A stretch of DNA of 64,000 nt from the NCBI GenBank assembly GCA_030141605.1, contig JAQGDQ010000048.1:434001-498000 (forward strand), in the 5' to 3' direction. The notes beneath the pieces are model-generated. The model worked only from the letters and a program-made list of their open reading frames with translations, had not been told where the DNA came from and did not search any database. The translations under genes and the position numbers were made by a program. The stretch's first letter is position 1. Each line of letters opens with the position of its first letter. Of this stretch, positions 27,286 to 40,384 are shown piece by piece. The DNA is from Tubiluchus corallicola (lineage: Eukaryota > Animalia > Priapulida).

Positions 27286-27293
27286 TTTATATA
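27286..27293 (-). promoter_or_regulatory. TATA box (TATATAAA) of the nested BTB gene
   Basis: 80 nt upstream of the ATG (context cacaaaATGG); forkhead-like TGTTTRY motifs at ~27300-27372. Confidence 0.55.
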
Positions 27294-30200
27294 CCGCTTT
27301 GTTTGTTTTACACTACATTGGTAAGCTTAGGCTAGGCTTATCTCATTTACATAAGCTGTTTATTGTTTACTGCTGACCACAAGTCATAGATATTTATGTA
27401 CACGATGTGGCTTTTTATTGCATCATCTATAAATCTGGACCAAGAGTTCAATATATTTGCATCTATAATCATGCATACTATAAAGTTCATCTGCTACATA
27501 TCTTATTGACTTTGGAGACGGAAAGTCTGGTACGTGTATATGTAACTGTCTGCTGTATAATTTACAAATGGTAGCTTCTTGCTGATTCAATGCAGATTAG
27601 TTTTGCGGAATGCCGGTTGGATTGAGTGGAGTACATAATAGTTGATAAGCATCACCTCCAGAAGATAAACATGCAATATTTCTGAATGAAAGGAATCGAG
27701 TGAAATTTTGACTGGTTTATCATAAACGTTCGCTATTGATTTAACTTAAAAACCCTGTACAAGACCAGTGACACCCATGTTGCTCAAGTATGAAACCGGC
27801 TGGTGTCGATTAGATTATGTGCCCATTAGAATTATGTCGCGTATCAATCACCTAGTGGTTCTTTGTTGAACCCTTGAATTATTAATTGTTGCAATCAGGG
27901 CAATGATTTCTACAGACAAGCATATGCTATTATTTAGTAAATGGAGGGTGCCATAGCTTTCCTTTATTCTAAGTAAATTACAGCACTTGTGGTTTAATTT
28001 TAAATGAACTTTGAATGAATGAAAAATTACACAGCCGATTGATTAATTTTTACAGGTTATTTTGTGACTTTAATCTATTATCTACCAATTTGACCGAGGG
28101 CATTAATATAAGCCCTACTTGTCTACTCAGCATCCCGAATGTTTTAACGTACTGTCTAGTGCACTAGTCACTAGTGCTAGTGTTACGGACGTTGTATAGT
28201 GGTTTGTGCTTTTAGAAATTGCGAGATTTCGCACTATTTTTGTTCCTTTTTTATGTTGTTGCTGTTGCCCGCTTTTGTGATCCTGCGCACTTTCATGTGC
28301 TATATTTTCAATGGCAATGGTTTTTTCTGTCTCTTCATCTATTTCCCAACGTCCTGAGGCGAACCAACCATTGTATTAGTAGCAATAATCAATACGATAT
28401 TAGCAGGTAATTACAGTGATCAGCGATTAGGTTGCGGTTATTTGTTCCATGAAGCATGGCTGGCAGCTGTTCTTGTAATTAAAAGCAGATATTTATAAAA
28501 TTTTACATTATCGTGTTATTCGTGGAGATAATGTACATGTATAAATTATGTACACTTATTCATCTTCAAATGTGATTAGAGTTAGACTATCACAAAAATC
28601 ACCAGGTAAAAATGGCACCGGAAAAAATGGCATAAATAGAAAAGTAGGAAGAAATGGCACAGAAGTTATTTTGATGCACCTGATTTCCATAATAAAGCTA
28701 GAATACACTCAGTAGAAAGCAGATCTCTGCCAAAGCCAAACAATCCAAAACTTATTCGTCTGATTCTTTTGATTATAAAATTGTAAAACAAAGATAAACA
28801 AGCAACATACAAAAATGTACTTGTGTTGGTATCATATAGACTAGCAAAAGACTCACAAAATATTTTGTTCATTTTGATACAATTATAATCATTAATTCAC
28901 AAATATTTCACATATAGTGTTTATCTGCCTTTCTTTGACAATTAATTTTGGCGATGGTAATAAGCTGACATATGTATACCTATTTACACACCAAGTCAGC
29001 TTATAAGGTTACAATCTAAAAACGTAAAGACTCGTAAACGTAAAGACAATGTAAAGACTCTCAGCTTATAAGCTATACATAGTAATAGGCAAAGGTTATA
29101 GACAGCGTTACACATTTTTCCAATCGGAAATGGAACCTGGGACAAACTCATAGTTGTTTGTCCTGGTGGAAATAATACAAACATGAACTTTGCGTGTTGG
29201 TATGCGTGACCTTGACGAGATTGACCCAAGGTCATAATTTGTTTCTGTCCGCATGTTTTGAATCCACATTTTAAAATTTTATGTAAATTTATTATCTTAG
29301 GATGTAACGTTAGAATTGAAGCTATTGTAAAGTGTTCTAGAGCATGTAGAATTATTTATTTGGATAGTACGTTACAGTAAAGTAAATGAAGTAAACTTAA
29401 ACTCTGCAAATTAAGACTAGCTCAAGTGACGTGTACTGAATTTCATCAATATTAGCCTTACGTTCCGAAAATTTACAATTTTTTGTGCATTACACTAATC
29501 TCCCGGGATAATGTTGTTCAGGGTCCATAACTGGCATCTCTGCCTAAACGCCAAAAATCATTTTGACGTTGCACTAATTTTCCTAGAGAATGTCACACTC
29601 ACTCATAATACCTTACGAGGCTTCATCACTGTAACTGTTTGGCCCAAGGAATCGTTTCGGTGATAGATAGACTCTTTTCAATCGATCTTCCTCGGGTAAT
29701 TGATTTTCTGTTTGAATGGTAAAGTGAAGAGACTGAAAGAATAACATCACACTATCCATTCTAGTCCATGTAATTTATGATCCAGCTTACTGTGTGTAAT
29801 CTCAGTAATGGAGTTTGGTTAATGCTTTGTAAAAGAGTTTGTGCGAGGTGTATAATAGAGTTTCTTTCGCTGTATAGTTTTACAGAGTTGTCAACTTTTC
29901 TATTAATGACTTTCATATTAGGAAATTCTTGTTGTGAAGTACTTGGTCTCATTTATACAGCTCGATCGTATGACTACAGCAAATCTATGCGCAGTCCCGA
30001 TGACGGCATACACCGATATTTTTATGCTAGGTTGTGCTTTTCTCTAAACATTCCATAGCACTTATCGTTAATTACATTAATTAAAACACATTTTTGGGTC
30101 AATTAACTTGTGTTGCTATGGCAGCGCATGACGTCAATAGCTGATATCAGTAAAATTAGCTGCAGTTCTATCGTAGTGTTTTCTCGCTTACAATTACGTT

Positions 30201-30474
30201 TTTTGTTCGTTTCTTGCAATTTTTGCCGGTACAGGAGTTAAAAAAATACATTTGAATTAATTACATGTGATTTGTCACAGTGGCAAGTGGTTGTATTCTT
30301 AAAACAATAAAAAAGTTCAGAAAACATTTTTGGTCCGGATCACGCCACGGATCAAATGAAGTAAAATGCGAATGAGACAAACATTTAGAAATAGACCGAA
30401 ATTAAATTCGTAAGTCGCACGTTGAGTTGTCAACTATGGAACGTGGAACCATGCTGTTTTATGTTTTCACCCTA

Positions 30475-31240
30475 TATCAAGTGGCGCAAAAAATGTGCCG
30501 AAGTTTTGATTAAGATATTATAAGAAGAAAATAATGAAATCTCTTGAAAATTACCACACTTATACAAACGCTTATATGAAAATACCAAAAATTTTAGATA
30601 TTTCCAAAGATAAAGAAGTTATAAAATAAGTCAAAAAAATAAATGCCGGAAAAAAGTTCACTTCTATTAAAATTTGCAGCTCTAAGTGTCCACCATTTCC
30701 ACTGCAAATTAGTTGTAGGGGCTTCTTCCAACAGCTGACTCAGTTTCTTATTTCTTTAAGAGGTATTTGGTTCCAACGTTCAACAAATTATGCCTTTAGT
30801 TTCTATAAATCAAATGGCTCTGTGCGGCCATCGTGCACTTTCCTTGGAATTCCAGATACCGTAGTTCATAGATTTAAGTTCCATTTTTTGTTGAAAACAA
30901 ATCTTTATCAGTATACTTTATTTTCTGTGGTGAAGACCGTGATGTGAAAAGGTTGATTTTTTTATTGTTTTGCGGCCGTGTATTGAGATCTTTAAATACA
31001 TCGACTGGTTATTTTTCATTTGACGATTAGCTAACTTTGTTCCGGCATTTAAATTTATATCATGCAAAAGTTTTTCGGCCGTAACGTAAAAACCACTAAA
31101 GCTGTACTTGTAAACTTGTAACTTTCGTAGCCAAAAGCTAATGTATTGTAACATTATTGTGTGAAATTTCGATTTTGTTGAACACTTACTTCTGATTTTA
31201 GTGTAAACTAAACTTCAGCACATTTTCTGACTAGTCTGTA
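30475..31240 (-). mobile_element. Decayed, internally deleted Tc1/mariner DNA transposon
   Basis: Minus strand ~30885-30670 reads (LKSMNYGIW) ...KLKA*FVERWNQIPLKEIRN*VSCWKKPLQLICSGNGGHLE, the Tc1/mariner C-terminal pattern; imperfect TIRs caaaaaatgtgccgaagttt (~30487) and aaacttcagcacattttctg (~31210), each with a flanking TA. Confidence 0.7.
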
Positions 31241-32083
31241 TGGCTAATGCTATATTGTAGTTAAAAACTGCCTAGTCTTTGTGCTCTACTGATATTTAGC
31301 CTTCGTGAAGCTGTCAAAAAGCACTGATTTTGACAGTCTCATTGGTTGAACTGTCTTGTGATAATTTGTTGTGCAAACACTTAGAAACCGCTCTCGCTTG
31401 GCAAACAGTTGAAATTATTGAACAATAAATGAATGTCACTTCTTCAAGCGCTAAGGCTTAGCAGTGAAACCTTTCTCAATTTGTTGCAAGTCATCAATCA
31501 TTTTTTTCATATTATAGAAGGTGCGTTTATGACTGTGACGTGTGTCGAAACACTATTGCAGCGGCAGTAATAATTGTGGTTACCCCAGTTTTATCCGGGT
31601 TTTGCCAGTTGCTTTTAGGCTTGATTTCAGGCGAATGTAAGACTACTTAGCCGTAACGATAGCAGACCACGTTTCAATGTCTCGCAAAGTTACCACTGAC
31701 AACATCAGCATATTCTTATTCAAACGTGTATATTTATATGTTTATAAAAACTCTAAGAAAACTTTTTTCTTCACTTGAATGAACTAAAAAAAAAGATAGT
31801 GACATTTCGTATATAAGCTTAAGAAGGCAGAAAAGGATTATCACAAAAGCCTACAAGATTAATTTGAGAATAAATTAAATGTATCAAACTGAGCTTGCTT
31901 TCCAACAGCGGGAATAAAATGTCAACATTTTGTTTCCTCGTCTAGAAGTTGGTTCAGCAAGTTCTTTCAATTTAAAAGTCGTTTCACAGAATGAAACGTT
32001 GACACTTTGTTATTAATATCCTTAGAAAATTCCCAGTTTTCATCAGTGCGCCAGCGCCTTGAAGCCACTGTGACTAATGGGTA

Positions 32084-32140
32084 TAAAATAAAATAAAATA
32101 AAATAAAATAAAATAAAATAAAATAAAATAAAATAAAATA
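32084..32140 (+). repeat. (AAAAT)n microsatellite, possibly a retroposon 3' tail
   Basis: ~11 perfect copies, preceded by cagcgccttgaagc...tataaa, reminiscent of SINE/L2 3' ends. Confidence 0.85.
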
Positions 32141-33802
32141 ATCAGTGATAAAAGATGAATATAAATGGGTGTTGAAGCAGAGAAAACCTGATTAGATTAT
32201 GAAAACCTTACATTTTTACTGGATGCAGCTGCCAAACTATCTGGCCAAATATTGAATGTACAAAGCATTGACTTTTTTGTATTACATTAAACAAAATAAG
32301 TCATTTCTTTTCACTTACATATAAGTATATACATATTTCAATATAATGAAATTTTTTAAGTGACACTCTCTTTTCTGTGCGTTTATAAAAAGTGAACTAA
32401 TTAAGTAATTTCATGTTTTTTTAGATGATGCTGTTCACATAAAAAGTAATTAAGTAATGCAATTTATTTTCACATCAGTACAACAGTACAGAACAAAATG
32501 TACAAAAATAAAATAACCAAAATAACAAAATAATTAACATCATATCAGAACAATTTACATAGATCCTATTGTCCTGCAGTAAGTTGAAGAAGCTGAGAGC
32601 TTGTAAAAGCTTTCTGAACATGTGAAAAAAGAGAGAAGAAAACAAGGTTAGTAGTAATAATGGGGAAAAATAACTTTCTCAGCACATTACATGTATTTTA
32701 TAAATGATTTCTGAGATTCATAAGCATAAATTAGTCATTATATTGTTTAGACATATTGACTATTAAAACAACCGTGGGGTAGCTCATCATTTATTTGTTA
32801 ATGAAGTGTCAGTGTTTCATGCGGCTAGTACCGCTAGGAATTCTACTTAACTCAATAATACTGTATAAAAGATTTGCTGCTTCACCTCATTTAATGCGCT
32901 AATGGCCCTGTCGGGCACTTGCCCTAGTTATGCAGTGTGCAAGAACATATGTGTGAACTAATTCTGTACATCTACCTAAATTGCATTTGAACCGAAGTAA
33001 CTTGCATTTGTGCTCCATTTCATTTGGAAATACTGCAGGAGCTTTTGGCAAATCCTTGCACTAAAAAGAAAAGTTGAAAGTACTATGCCTGTGTAACTGC
33101 TTCCGAATAAAAAATGGTTGTTTCGACGATCTTTTTACATTATTTCATTTTTTGTAAGTGAATACCAGAAATGAGTTTCGTTCATTTGTAAAATGTCTTT
33201 TCTTTTTCCCACCTTCCTCCAGGGAACCGACCACACAGTAAGCTTTTGTGTCTGTGACTTCGTTAGCTCAGGCAATCGTGATCAAAGAGCTTAATTATTT
33301 ATGCTTTGTTTAATTATTGATTTGATAGCACTTGCTTGTAATTAATATGATCCTGTGAGCGTGATTTTTGCGAGGTTGCATCACGCTTGCATCTGCAACT
33401 TTTTACGATTCCTTGTTTAGACAGGCTATCCCATTTGACCTTCTTTATCAGCAAAAATTCTTTATGATTAATCGCGACTTGTAATTAATTTGTGACTTTA
33501 TTTAAACTGATAGGCATTGTGTGTTTAAGAGGCATTAACCTCCAGATTACTTTATTATTACTCAAATGAAGTTTTTTAGATAATTAGGAGTCAAGGTTGG
33601 TGGAAGGAATCTTGAATTTGTTTTTGCCTGGCGTTTAACTTGAGTGTAATTTTTCTGTGTTGCTTGAGCATTATGCCAATCTGTGACCCGTTGACTGATT
33701 ACATGATCACATCGTCAATGACCCCCAGTTTTGAGTATAAGTAATTAAATTGGTTATCTTTAACTTTTTATAGGCTTATTATTCGTGATTCTTGCTTTAC
33801 AG

Positions 33803-34023
33803 ACAGCAGTTAATAGACTTAAAGAAGCACCATGAATTGTTGGAAGAAGCCTGCCAGCAACAAGAACAGCAGTTACTAGAAACCCAGGAAGCTCATCGCA
33901 AAGAGTTGGATAAGCAGCGCCTCCGTCTGCAAGCTTTAATAGATGATAGTGCTGAAGCGCGTAGAACTGCTGAGCAGCGTGTCGAACAGGCAAAAAGAGA
34001 ACTACTTGGCAAACGAGACGAGT
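33803..34023 (+). CDS. STARD9: Coiled-coil exon QQLIDLKKHHELLEE...AKRELLGKRDE
   Basis: tttacag acceptor, gtaagt donor; phase matches 20859; E/Q/K/L/R heptad pattern. Confidence 0.88.
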
Positions 34024-34552
34024 GTAAGTATTTTTACATTCTAATATGTTTAACAATACTGTGATCCTCAGGGAAACCACCAAGCACTTGAGGGTATTAC
34101 GTGAGTAGATATAATCACATGCAATTGATTGAACTAAAAACAATTATAGTCATGTAGAAGCAGATAGATTTATTCTCTATGCTTATATATTATGATGCTT
34201 TGGATTCAATTTTTGAACTAATTTTGAGGTAATCTTGTTCATAGTACTTCCCTGTATTACTTCAAATATTATGACAATAAAGTTGACGATGATTATATGA
34301 TAATGACGACAATGTGATAATCATAGACTGCACTCTGTCTGCCAGAAGTGCTGTCTCATTGCATTGTTCTTTGCACATAGTCTAAGAATTTTTCCATGAA
34401 ATCTTGATTAATCTCTATGTGCTGACGTTAATCTAGGGGACAATCTTCATCAACTTGTGAAACTTACAGGCTTTTTAGTTAATGTAAGGTTTGGTTAAAC
34501 ATGTCTTAAATCTAATTTTAAAAGTTAATAACCCTTTGTTAAATTAATTTAG

Positions 34553-34724
34553 ACGAAGAAATAATTAATGACGAGAAGATCCGACTTGAAAAACTACGTG
34601 AGGAGAATCGGTCGTTTGGCGTGCAAACAGAAGTGAAGGAAAAGACAGACTTATCCATACAGACAAACACCTCTTCACCAGAGTCAGAGTCTGAGCTTGC
34701 CCGCGCTATTGAGGACGGCACAAA
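34553..34724 (+). CDS. STARD9: Exon YEEIINDEKIRLEKLREENRSFGVQTE...ELARAIEDGTK
   Basis: atttag acceptor, phase 1; the 3' donor (AA|gtattg) is weak, so the end is uncertain. Confidence 0.72.
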
Positions 34725-35466
34725 GTATTGCACTATTAATTGTCAATATTAACTTAGAAGCTAAAGTTGAAAGTTTAAAATATTACTTAAACCTTTCAGC
34801 CTGTCAACTGGAAAAAATCTGGAAAAGACAAATTGTTTTGATGGTGGTTAGTTTTTGGCGAATAGTATCTAGTAGATTAAAGTTATCTTGTGACATCAAA
34901 AAGTTAACCATTTTTTTAAAAAAAAATTTTTGAACAGTTGGGCACTTGAGCCATTTGGTGTGTTAGATACCGCTAATGGTGTCTTAGCCTATTAAGATGA
35001 TCACATGTAGACGGTAATGTATGAAAATGTGGTAAGATAAGATTTTTAGAAAACCTGAGGTTATATTTTTGTTTGTAGACAAAAGTAAATTTTTAGAACA
35101 TTTTAAAAAGTAAAAATGCTGAAGATGGAAATTATTTGGGAAAAATGCAAACAAGATCTAAGATAAAATAGTAAAGATCTATTCTTGCAGCAACAGTTCC
35201 TTTTCTTTGTTTAAATCTTACTTTTTATTCCAAAAAAAAAGAAAAACAGAGACTCGAGTGAAGGGCCAGATAAATCGCTGAATACATTCTTGTTGGTTCT
35301 TTTAACTTTTTTCATATTGTAAGCAGAGTAGTTATTATTGATAATTATTGTGAATGAATAGTCCAGAATTCAGTGCATGTGTGCTGCAGTGGTTTTAATC
35401 GCTGTTTAAATTTGGATGTTAGTTAAAATATTTTAAACACACTTTGTATGTGTCACTTTTTTGAAG

Positions 35467-35571
35467 GCGGTTAGAGTACCTTGAACACGAATGCCGAAAG
35501 TGCTCCAAGGAGACTGAGAAAAAATTGAAGCAACAACAACAGCTATTTGAACACAAGCTTTCCAAGAATGC
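35467..35571 (+). CDS. STARD9: Coiled-coil exon RLEYLEHECRKCSKETEKKLKQQQQLFEHKLSKNA
   Basis: gtaagt donor phase-compatible with 36242; acceptor at 35467 or alternatively 35475. Confidence 0.78.
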
Positions 35572-36241
35572 GTAAGTCTTAGTTATTTTAAGCTCTTATT
35601 GGAGATACATCTTCATTAATTAAACACATTAAATTTTATCACTTTTTCTGCTGAAAGCAAAACGTTTTTGTTAATTGATCAAACACACTATGAAAAACCA
35701 CCATGTACAAAATGCACTGTGTACTTTTAATATACAGTGAATTTGGGAAAATAGCTGTTATGATTTTGAAGCCAGATCAAAAAGCTTCTATAATAGTCAC
35801 CTTTTTCTCTGAAATGGGTTGTAGTGCTTTGTGAAAAGCCCGTTTTCTGTTACTTGCACCATGTATCTGCTTAATGCAAATTAACTAAATTACTTTACAC
35901 ATCGGTGTAAATTTTGTTGTCATCACAACAAAGTAAAATTCTTATAAATGAACACAGGTTTGGAAAGTATTAAAAATATTTCGAGGCCAAGTTCAAAGAG
36001 TGGTTTTACTACTTTTGCCTAGAAAATAATGAAGTAACTTGTAGGTACTGGACTTTGTGCAGATGTTGACTAACAATTTTTTCTTATACAGACTAGAAAA
36101 TAAGCTTTTCTAAGTAATCACTATGTTTTTCTGGAAATGAAAAATAGGGCCAGTCCTTATTGTTAATTTGTTAAATAATGTAAACTGTAATATACGTACC
36201 ATAATACATGTTCTTATTTATTTTTTATTTTATTAATTCAG

Positions 36242-38903
36242 GCATTTAATTGAAACTCAGAAGCATCAACTAGACAAGATGGAAGAGATTTACAAGAAGG
36301 AAGATGAGCAAAAAATGTTACTCATTTCCGACAATCTGGAAAAACTATACGAAATTCAAGAAAAGGAATATCAATTAGAGGAACAACTTCGTCATGACAT
36401 GATCGACTTTGAACGAGCAAGTCCAATAGGGGAAAGTGGCAGTGAAGATAATTTTAAGCCAAACCCCATGGAGCCTGGAACAAAAAGAAAACTGAGTTTT
36501 TTTAGTGGCAAGAAAGACAGTAAGCACCAGAAAAGTGCGAGTAAGCATAGTGTGCCCAAGCAAAATCACAAGCAAAGTAAAAGTTGTAGTGATATTGGTA
36601 AATTAGAGAAGTCACTTACAAAAGTAAAGGAAGGCCAAGCAGCCACACCGCAAATGCCAAAAATCAAGGATAAGTTGCATCGTTATGACACCAAAGAGCT
36701 TGCAAAAAATAAAAGTCTAAAATCTCACAGTGACTCTCATATTCGAGTAGCATGTGATAGTCAAGATACTCGTAATCCAGAATCTCCCGGTGACTCACCA
36801 AGAAGCATGAATTCCAGAGCTGCTGCAGTTACAGCTCGCCTTTCCGCATCCAAACAAGCAGACAGAGCAGCAGAGATAAGACGTAGGGCAGCAGAGGAGG
36901 CTGCAAAACGATTAAGCTCAAAATCTGCTGGAGCACAAAATGGACAATCAAAAGATGATGATGCAGCTGGAAAGGAATCTCGTAGTACAGCAAAGCTCCG
37001 CCGTGCCTTAGAGAATGTCAAGAAATCTCTCAGTTGTCGTGAACATTCAAAGCAGCAAATATTGTTTGAGAATGCCGAATCACAAACTGACATTCCTTGT
37101 GTTTCTACTTCAGTTAGCGAATTGAGTGTCCTGCGCACTTCGTCCGAATTTAAACGTGTGCCTCTCAGGACCAAGATTTCTAAAAAAACGAAATCATTGC
37201 GGAAAAGGCTGCTGTCACCATCTGCTTCATTGTCCTGGCTTTCTGTTGGATCATTATCTAGATCTGCTGATGACTTGCTATTGAGGTCAAACTTGCCTTA
37301 TAGCTTTCCAATGGAATCCCTTTGCTATACACAAGAAACAGGACTTTCGCATTCGTGGCATAATACTACTGTCAGTCCTACATTTGAGGAAGACAGTCCA
37401 GAATTGTCACCAAGAAAGAACCAGATCACAACCACTGCCGAAATTCATGAAAGCTTAAACGCTGAAATGCATCGGACGTACTCTGTAGATGAGATTTCCA
37501 AACAAACTTCCTCTGTGATAAGTGAAGATTCGTGGATGTTGACATCCACACTAGACATTGGTGCAAAGAGTTTGCCATGTTTAAACACAAGCAGCAGAGT
37601 CACCACATCTCTTGTGTCTGCTTGTCAGACTCCATTGTTTGCACATACTGTAAGCAAATCACGTGATGAAAGTTATGAAATACAGACACAGTCGTGTCCA
37701 GATTTAATAACTGAACAAGAGCTTATGACTTACGATGCTATTTATGACAGTACCGATCCATTGTGTCAAGGCTCATTTGTCTCAGAACGTGATCTGCCAT
37801 CTCCTGTTTTAACTGACAGTTTTAATGCCAGCCTAGAGAGTTTAGAAGATTCTGGCAGTCCGTCACAATGTCTTGCTCAATCAAAAGCCGACATACGGAC
37901 TCGGTTAAAAGGTGCTCAGTATTGGGAGCAAACTTTTGCGCAAAGCAGTGGTTATAACCAAGAAGATCCTCTTCCGTGTTTTCAGTCTTTGACAAATTCT
38001 AGTATTCTCTTAAGCAGTGAACATTCCGGAGCCACTGACAGTAGTTTGTCTTGTGAAAATGATTTGGCCAAGTCAAAGTTAGATGCATCAAATGTTGCTA
38101 GTCCAACAGGTGATGTACCAGAGCATTATTCTAATTTGATTTCTAATTCGTCTTGTGTAAATAATATTTCTACTGACGTGGGCCAGTTGAATCACACTGA
38201 TGGTGAAATGAGTGCTACTAAAAGCAGCGAAGGTGCAATAATTGAAAATATTGATGTCTGTGATGCACACTGTGTTTTAGAACAACAGTTTGAAGACCAA
38301 GAAGTCCCATCACCTCCAAAAAAACCTAAACTGCTAGGCATTTGTAATGAATGTGATTCAGACAGTCTAAGCGACAGCATTCAGCTGTCACACAAAAGTG
38401 TGAGGAAATCTACTGGCGAGACAGCTTCTGGTTCTGAAAATGCAATTATTGGTGACAGTTGCAGAAAAAACACTTCTCTTAGTGATGATTCTTTAGATGA
38501 ACATGCAACAAAAGAAATTGGAAATGAACCTGTTGGTGCTATTTCTGTAAAAACAAATGATGCTACACATGCTGTTGTAAGCGGCATAACTGAACCCATA
38601 AGTCCAAATTTTAAGGTATCCTCCAAATCTAATATTGATCAGCCAAATTCTGCTGACGATTGTTTGAATGTTATTCATTCAGAGACACATGATTTTCACC
38701 AATGTCAATCATCACATGAAAGACAACATATTTCCACAGATAGGATAGATGAGACAGATTTGCTTTCAACTAAAATGGAATGCAGTAAGTTTTTACCTGC
38801 TGCTGAAATGGCATTTTCGGGGATGGCATCAGTGTCTGGACCACATTTAGCAATAGAACCTGCAGAGGCTCTTGATAACTATGCTGTCTCAACTGCACAT
38901 TCG
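36242..38903 (+). CDS. STARD9: Large (2.66 kb) exon: end of coiled coil, then Ser-rich disordered tail
   Basis: ORF 36279-38912 (877 aa); attcag acceptor; TCG|gtaagt donor just before the ORF stop. Confidence 0.9.
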
Positions 38904-40384
38904 GTAAGTTAACAGCTTTTGAGTTTTTTAGTTGTTGTATGTTTTACTTTTTTTCTTAAATTGGAAAAAATTGTTTCCACAAATGTGTTCACTTACTAGA
39001 ATCTAAGCTTTCGTACCTCCAGTATGGTCCAGTATGGCTTTCTGCCAAACACTGAACTCCCTAGGCACATCATTCTCGCTTTGTGCCTTACCTCACCAGC
39101 TCTTTTCTAGATCCGTTGTTACACTCTTATTAACCTAGTGTTGCACCATACTAAGCTCCAACAATTGATTGATTTTGTTCTAAGTGTTATTTACAAACAA
39201 ATCACACCATGTTACGGTGGTCGTGTATAGACAGCAGTTGTTCCTTAAAATACTGTGTTAATCAAAAGTTGCATGATGCAATTCAGTGTTTCTTTTTTTC
39301 ATTTGAATTGAATGCACCGTCATAGCACTGATTTTTTACTCCTTGCAGTGGACCTAAAGGAAGCAGTGCTCATTTTCTTTCTTCTAATCTCCCAGTTAGT
39401 AATTTGTAATTTAATCATGTACTGAATATATTCCATAATGTAGCAGAGTTAAGATATAAGTGATTAGTTTAAATTGTCACTAGTGCATGTTTATTGAAAT
39501 ACATTTTATGTAGAAAGCCTCTGCTTTTTTAGTCAAGTCTACCTCATCTTTTTGTGTCAAGTAATGCCTTGCAGTTCCCTACGTCATACTAGAAAGGAGG
39601 AGGGCTGTCATGCAGATTATCCATTAAATGTCTGTTGTATTGCATTGACACTGAAAACATTTGTATTGTCTTTTTGAAACACGGCTTCAAAAATAGTGAA
39701 GACTTAATATATGTGAAGTCAGAGAACATTGTGCAAATTTTAGCATGTATAGAAAAATCTTCCAAATTCAATCCTCTTCCATTTCACCAGTGATTAGCTT
39801 TAACTTAGATAAGGTAATTCTGAATTATAAGCTGAGCTTTATTTTTAAATTTTAATAACAATGATAAGCCAAAAGTCCCAGTAATTCCAGTGAATCACTG
39901 GAACTGTTGGCCATTATACTTCTAGGCTCACTGTGCTCTGTAACTAACTTTCATATTAGTTAGTCATTTGCCCCTGCTCCAAAAATACTGCGCTTAATGG
40001 AAATTTGTGTGTACGACCAAATGTTGATCTGTGTTCACTGTCCAGTAAACCTTTAAAACTTGGTTGGGACTTATTGCTAAAATTTCATTGTTCTTACCTT
40101 AATTTTAGAACAGTAACACAACATTTCGTTGCACAAAATTGCGCAAAATTAATGTTATGTAAGTTTGTGACAGTGCACCAAAAACCAAAAGGGGGTGCTT
40201 CGAATTAGTCTTTTTTAAATTGATCCATTGTGGTTTGCAGTGTATGAAATGAGAATTCATGGCAATGAACTGGTCAATTAGGCTAGTCTGCAGTAATTTT
40301 AGTAATTTATACATGATCTGAGCTGAAATTAAACAACTTGCTTCGAAATTCCTCTAAAATCTTTTCACCTTCTATATTTTTCAG

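Noticed and set aside
28219-30058. Short ORFs in the large intron, including RTN-like strings suggestive of a MULE transposase
   Set aside because: No complete motif and no sustained similarity.
34800-34846. Possible small exon (ctttcag ... gttagt)
   Set aside because: It is phase-compatible only if the alternative acceptor at 35475 is used; 34724->35467 already joins in frame. Left unresolved without RNA data.
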